Below, one piece after another: positions 59,246-64,000 of a stretch of 64,000 bases of DNA. Both the position numbers and the translations under genes were made by a program. The notes beneath the pieces were generated by a model, which saw only the letters and a program-made list of their open reading frames with translations, searched no databases and had not been told where the DNA came from. Positions within the stretch are counted from its first letter, which is position 1; each line of letters opens with the position of its first letter. This DNA is from a virus: IMG/VR virus record IMGVR_UViG_3300043749_000038, positions 5,072 through 69,071 of that record. One strand, given 5' to 3'.

Positions 59246-60928
59246 GATTAAGCCCCCATCGTGAAACCACCAGCCCAACCATCGGGTTGGCGTTCGACGC
59301 TGCGATCTTCGTTGCAGATCCAACCCTCGACAAGTTCCACTTCAACCAAAGCGATGGACGCCAGTTCGTAGTGGTCGCCTGCCACGGCATCTACTTTCAT
59401 CATAGCAAGCAGCTTTTCTTGGCTGTCACGTGACACTCCCAGGCTACGGATACTTTCGAGCATCTCGTTTGCACGGTTGATAACACCAACGACGTTGGCT
59501 TGTTTGAATTGGTTCGAATTCATGATTTACTCCTTTAAGGTTAGATGCAAAGTGCATCCAGTAGCCCAGCACGCTGAGCTATAAGATTACTTTACGGTCG
59601 CAAGCTCAATGGCCTGTACAGCGTGCGGAGGTAGCGGATGCTATCCCACCACAACCGAGCAGACTCGAGATCATAGAAGATTGCTTCGAAACTATGATCA
59701 GTTCCAAACTGCTCAGCTGTTTGGTACTCCACCTTGTATTCTTTCATGTTTAGAACTCCACATCTTCTGGTTTAACAATGATCCACATTGCCATTACTTG
59801 CAACAGGATCGACGGAACACTGCACAATGTCCGATTCCACACAGTGGAATCCATCGGCAGGTAGTAATTGAGTACGAACATGTAGACGATGGCTGAGATA
59901 GTCATAGCTACGCTCATCACGCTGTTGATGATCAGCTTCTCTTTTTGGAGTTGGTGCTCGGTTTTGGCTTTGTACATGATTTTTATCCTTGTTGTTGAGT
60001 TAGTGCAAGAGCGCACTCACTACCTCAGCACGCTGAGGTAGTAAATTGCTCTTACTTACTCGCAGCCATCAGAGCGTCTTCCATTACCCACTCAAACAAG
60101 TCACCTTCAAGCGTGTCGTGAACTGCATTACGCAAGCTGACTGGTTTGCTGTAGTCTTGTTTGTTGAGGAAGACTCCTTCTTTGATTCCTTGCTCAGCAC
60201 GTTTGATTGCGCAGCGTACGATCAACCAGACTGCAAAGTGGGTGAGTAGATGGTTCATGATTAATCTCCTCTCGTTGGTTGAATTAGTTGCACACTTCCA
60301 TTGCTTCAGGTTCGGTCCAAGTGAGGTCGCCCTCGGTCTTGGTGACTTCCACGATTTGCTGCTTGCACTCGTGAGTAGCCTGCTCATGCTGCTTGTGCGC
60401 AGCGTACATGACAGGCAAAGCAGCGACTGCTAAGATAACAGCGTGCACGACCATGTAGAAGTGTATCTTTTTCATGTTGTTGCTCCCTTGTTGTGTGGTT
60501 ATCAACTAATGCAGCCTGTTCCCAAGCTCCATTAGTATGCCGCCTGTCACGCGGTCACACCCCAACCATGGCGGACTCAATTACTCGTGATGTTGTACTA
60601 GCCTTGAGTAGTTGCTTTAGGTTGGTGAGTACTCATGTGCATGTTTAATGGCTTTTCGGGTAAGGTACTGTTAATTACGAACTTGCTATGTCTGCAAGCC
60701 ACTTTAACATGAACCCCTATTATTGTTGACTACTGGAGTACCGCTTTACAGTGTTACCCTTTTGCATGAGTGTGTTGCTGTACTGTTGTATTGTTAAAGA
60801 ACCGACCAGTGCACAGCGTTATGTGTGCGGCCTACTGCAAACTAGCTAAGTGGTGCGCTTGATGCTGCTTAGTTGGGCATACTGTCACTACACCCAAGTA
60901 AGCAACCCTTGCGGGTTGCGCTACCGCA

Positions 60929-61363
60929 TTACTGCTGTTGCGCTGCTGCCTTTGCTGCTGCGGTGCGGTACACACCAACTTGCGTACTAGCAGTTGCTTT
61001 GTTAATACCGTTGTCGGTGCACAACTGCACCATTTGTGCGCGCGTGTAGTGCGGGTACTTAGCGCACAGTGCGTGTACAGCAGCGCAGGGGCGCAGCGCT
61101 ACCCCGTCGACTACAACACTAGTGTTGCTTGGGGTAACTGTTGCGCTATTAGCACGCGCGGTGCCGGTATGCAACAAGTGTTGTACGTTTGCAATACCGT
61201 GCTGCGCAGCAAGCTGTTGCACACCAGCAATAAACGCTGCTTGCGCTGCTGCATGTTTACGTGCAGCATTTTTGCTTGCGCGCAATTGTTGCACCACAGC
61301 AATGCGTTGTTGCATACGGGTAACAGCGTTGCGTTGCACTTGGGTAAGTTGTTGTTTTTGCAT
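60929..61363 (-). CDS. First gene of leftward arm; Glu-free protein with putative DNA-binding domain (paralog 4)
   Basis: RPCAAVHALC...RAQMVQLC...GINKATASTQ; own promoter and AAGGT RBS. Confidence 0.7.
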   Translation of the reverse strand: MQKQQLTQVQRNAVTRMQQRIAVVQQLRASKNAARKHAAAQAAFIAGVQQLAAQHGIANVQHLLHTGTARANSATVTPSNTSVVVDGVALRPCAAVHALCAKYPHYTRAQMVQLCTDNGINKATASTQVGVYRTAAAKAAAQQQ

Positions 61364-61456
61364 GGTTGCACCTTAACAATAAAAGTTAATAAAAAGTAAT
61401 GTGTGGTATTTTTACCACGTTTACCAGGTAGCACCGTTGCTGCTTGGTATGTGTTT

Positions 61457-61485
61457 ATTATACGCTTAATTGCGCAAAAATGCAC
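61457..61485 (-). promoter_or_regulatory. Sigma70-like early promoter
   Basis: GTGCAT-17 bp-TATAAT on minus strand. Confidence 0.6.
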
Positions 61486-61553
61486 TGTATGCCTGTACAG
61501 CCCGAGTAACATATATTTTTATTGAAACTGCTGGCTCGATAGGTAAAACCTAT

Positions 61554-61644
61554 TGCTTAAAAATTAGGCAACTTGCCCGAAATTTAGGCACTGCCTAATT
61601 TATAGGCGCTGCCTAGTTTGTAGGCATTGCTTAAAAAGTAGGCA
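61554..61644. repeat. Five tandem 17-bp imperfect palindromes TGCCTA-N5-TAGGCA
   Basis: Units start at 61554, 61574, 61592, 61610, 61628. Confidence 0.85.
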
Positions 61645-61916
61645 ATGTTGCTTACCGTAAATAAGTTGCCAATTTGATAAGATTTTCGGGTATGGGCCAT
61701 CTACCAGCAATAAAAACTCCGTCCTGCCTAGATAGGACATCAAGTTACACTTAATACATCAATAATCCCAACTCCCTATCCAACACCCACCCCCTTCCTA
61801 AAATACTGCCAACATCCCAATTCTGGATCCCCAAAAAAACAAAGGTTGGATACTATATTTTCTACACTAGTTTCAGTAAACACGGTACACTGCGGTTTTC
61901 TCTTAAAGGTGTCTAA

Positions 61917-62501
61917 ATGAACGACTTTAAAATTGACGGCAAATGGGCCCGCTCTGTCGGCGGAACTCTTACTTATTCGTATCAAATCTGGTATAGCATG
62001 ATGCAGCGCTGTATTCCGGGAGGTCGAATCCAAAAACTTTACAAAACGTATGACGGTTGTCACACTTCGGAATTGTTCTCTGACTTTGATCGTTTCGCAG
62101 ATTGGCTTTCTGTGCAGCCGGGCTACCAGCTTCCTGATTACGATCTCGACAAGGATTTGCTTTTTGACAATAACAAGCTTTATTCTGAAGACACTTGCGT
62201 TTTAATCCCACACGCACTGAACACATTTTTTATCGCTACCAGAGACAGAGAATTGCCACAAGGGGTTAGCGCTCCTTTAAGCCGTTTTGGAACAAAGAAG
62301 CCGTTCAAAGCGCAGTTGAGGGTTGACGGGGAGATTAAATACCTCGGCATGTTCCCAACTGCAGAGGCTGCGTTTTCGGCTTATAAAGTGGCAAAAGAAG
62401 CACATGCTAGGCAATGGGCCGAACGTTTAGCTGCTGGTGAGTTCATTGTAGATCCTCGGGTCATTGATAGGATGCGCGTCTGGACTGTGCCATCCAAGTG
62501 A
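61917..62501 (+). CDS. HNH-type homing endonuclease with AP2-like DNA-binding domain
   Basis: W.SM.QRC, LDKDLL...K.YS..TC...P..LN, YLGMFPTAEAAFSAY; lower GC. Confidence 0.75.
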   Translation: MNDFKIDGKWARSVGGTLTYSYQIWYSMMQRCIPGGRIQKLYKTYDGCHTSELFSDFDRFADWLSVQPGYQLPDYDLDKDLLFDNNKLYSEDTCVLIPHALNTFFIATRDRELPQGVSAPLSRFGTKKPFKAQLRVDGEIKYLGMFPTAEAAFSAYKVAKEAHARQWAERLAAGEFIVDPRVIDRMRVWTVPSK

Positions 62502-62523
62502 TAGATAGACACCACAATTCATT

Positions 62524-62532
62524 TGCTATAAT
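62524..62532 (+). promoter_or_regulatory. Extended -10 promoter
   Basis: TGC-TATAAT upstream of 62586 ORF. Confidence 0.5.
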
Positions 62533-62585
62533 GCATTGCCCAGCATATAGTAACAACACAACAACGCCAACCGACTGGATACAAG

Positions 62586-64000
62586 ATGACCATTAAACCC
62601 GCCCTCAAGCCGCGACGCAACAACATCATCGCCGACCACCTCAATATCCAGGAACTCCTGCTTCCGGGCCGTTGTGTGGGCAAATCCACTGCCCTGGCCC
62701 TGCGCACCATTGCACACGCCTTGCAAAACCCGGGAATGGATTTCCAAATTGTGGACCACGTCCCGCAAACCCGCGCAGAAGAGCATACCATGCGCCTCGT
62801 CGAGAAATACCTCCAAAAACTGAACTTCGTGGGTTTCACCATCAAAAAGACGCCCAACGGCAAGTTCTTCCTGCGTTTCGACCTGTATCCAACCAAGGCG
62901 GCTTAACCATGGACCATCTCGACGCCCTCGACCTCTTCTACTGCGCGCTCCCAACCATCCTCGCAGTTGTGTGGGCATGGTATTCCAACTACAAGATCAT
63001 GTTGCTGGAAGCCGAGAACGCTCAACTGCGTGCAGAACTGTACCAAGCAACCTTCCGGCGCTCGCTGGACTAACCACAAGGAGAAACAAATGACCGCACT
63101 TACCATCGGACTTAGCTGCATCCTCGTTGCCTCCATCTTGCTGAACTTGTTCCAGTACCTGGAGACCTGCAACATCCAGGGCGAGAACTACCGGCTGCGG
63201 GACCAGTTAGAAGGAAGCGTGCGCCACAACAAGGACTTGACGGTCAAGCTCGAAGTGCAAAGCGATCGGCTCGAGAAGCTGAAAGACACTTACGCAATGA
63301 CTGCAACCCGCGCCGTTCACGCAGAACGCGATTACCGCAACGTGCGCGCAGCTCACGTCGAACTGCTGGACAAAATTGCCGCAGGTACGGTTATTGATCC
63401 CGCCATTGTGCAAATGTTCACCAATCAACAAGATAGTTAATCATGCCCACAGTAACCCAAACCTGGAACCATACCGAGCCTTGGGGCGAGAATCTCCACA
63501 AAGAACTTCAACTGCTCACCATCGGTGGAATCAGTGTGCTGGGTCGCTGGAGCGGTAAGTTCGGAGAGCATTATGTGGGTTGGGCAAAGCCCGCGTACAT
63601 TGCGCTCTCCCCCTACAACCCTGTCCCTCAAAGGAGCAACGATGTTACTCACAGCCTTTCGTGAGATTTGGGAGACCATCACCAAGCCTGGTTTCTGGCT
63701 GCTGGTGTTCTTCAACAATGCACTGGACGCGTTTGCTGCGTACCACAACTTCAACGTCATCCAGTTTGCATGCTGCATTACTCTGATGATCACCTCCACC
63801 ATCCTCTACTTTATCTGCAAGGTGCGTAAATGACTCCGGAAGACAAAATCGAACTGAACCAAATCATCCAACAAATCGGTCCGGCTTTGCAACAAGCCAT
63901 CCAGGACGGCGTGTTGGGCGCCTTGCGTCAGCACCACGAAGAGATTTCGAAAGAGATCGTGCAGTTCGCCACCGCCGAGCTCAAGATTGCCGAGCCCCAA
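62586..64000 (+). other. Small rightward hypothetical genes (62586-62906, 62909-63073, 63090-63440, 63443-63664, 63642-63833, 63830->end)
   Basis: Coupled ORFs, several with single TM segments. Confidence 0.55.

Larger units (their letters stand above)
49310..60054 (-). repeat. Dispersed intergenic structured RNA element family (6 core copies, 2 variants)
   Basis: Copies at about 49310-49364, 51120-51173, 51942-51996, 53780-53831, 58372-58426, 58772-58827; variants 59543-59594 and 60001-60054; covarying stems. Confidence 0.75.
56073..60505 (-). other. Array of small early hypothetical genes (56073-56297, 56362-56679, 56759-56956, 57859-58125, 58128-58352, 58424-58741, 58825-59079, 59248-59523, 59750-60016, 60284-60505)
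   Basis: Co-oriented short ORFs with strong RBS separated by structured spacers. Confidence 0.6.

Noticed and set aside
58372-60054. Intergenic elements read as pseudoknots or preQ1 riboswitches
   Set aside because: The pairing would consume the whole hairpin loop with no linker, so alternative folds are more plausible; no preQ1 aptamer consensus seen and they are not upstream of que genes
61554-61644. Possible mini-CRISPR array (a Cas4-like gene is present in the window)
   Set aside because: Units abut with 1-3 bp gaps and have no spacers; Cas4-like nucleases are common solo phage genes
62586-62906. GRCVGKST as terminase or ATPase Walker A
   Set aside because: 106 aa with no convincing Walker B or other ATPase motifs
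1032-63451. TGTGGKYA as DnaA boxes
   Set aside because: Shares only the CCACA core with TTATCCACA; copies are dispersed rather than clustered

Overview
Most of the genome of a tailed dsDNA phage (siphovirus-type, long tape measure). No integrase was seen, so it is probably lytic; a betaproteobacterial host is a weak inference only. The + strand (1-22.9 kb) carries terminase C-terminus, portal, scaffold, capsid, a beta-propeller/FN3 fibre module, neck, tail (with a -1 frameshifted chaperone) and lysis genes. The - strand (23-61.4 kb) carries a family-B DNA polymerase, a clamp-like protein, a 7-deazaguanine DNA-modification cluster (dpdA-like, folE, queD, queC, queE), tRNA-Ser, helicase, Cas4-like nuclease, SSB, ligase, ThyA, primase and a long run of small early genes. 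A short + strand block follows at 61.9-64 kb. The most unusual signals are non-coding or compositional: (1) GA/TC-free islands covering promoters and one whole early gene, which fits avoidance of the phage's own guanine modification; (2) a perfect hammerhead ribozyme and a family of covarying intergenic stem/internal-loop elements punctuating the early transcript; (3) a genome-wide over-represented TGTGGKYA motif alongside four paralogous putative DNA-binding proteins; (4) a tRNA-like element with an 18-bp acceptor stem. All counts were made by eye and all family assignments come from motif recognition, not database searches.
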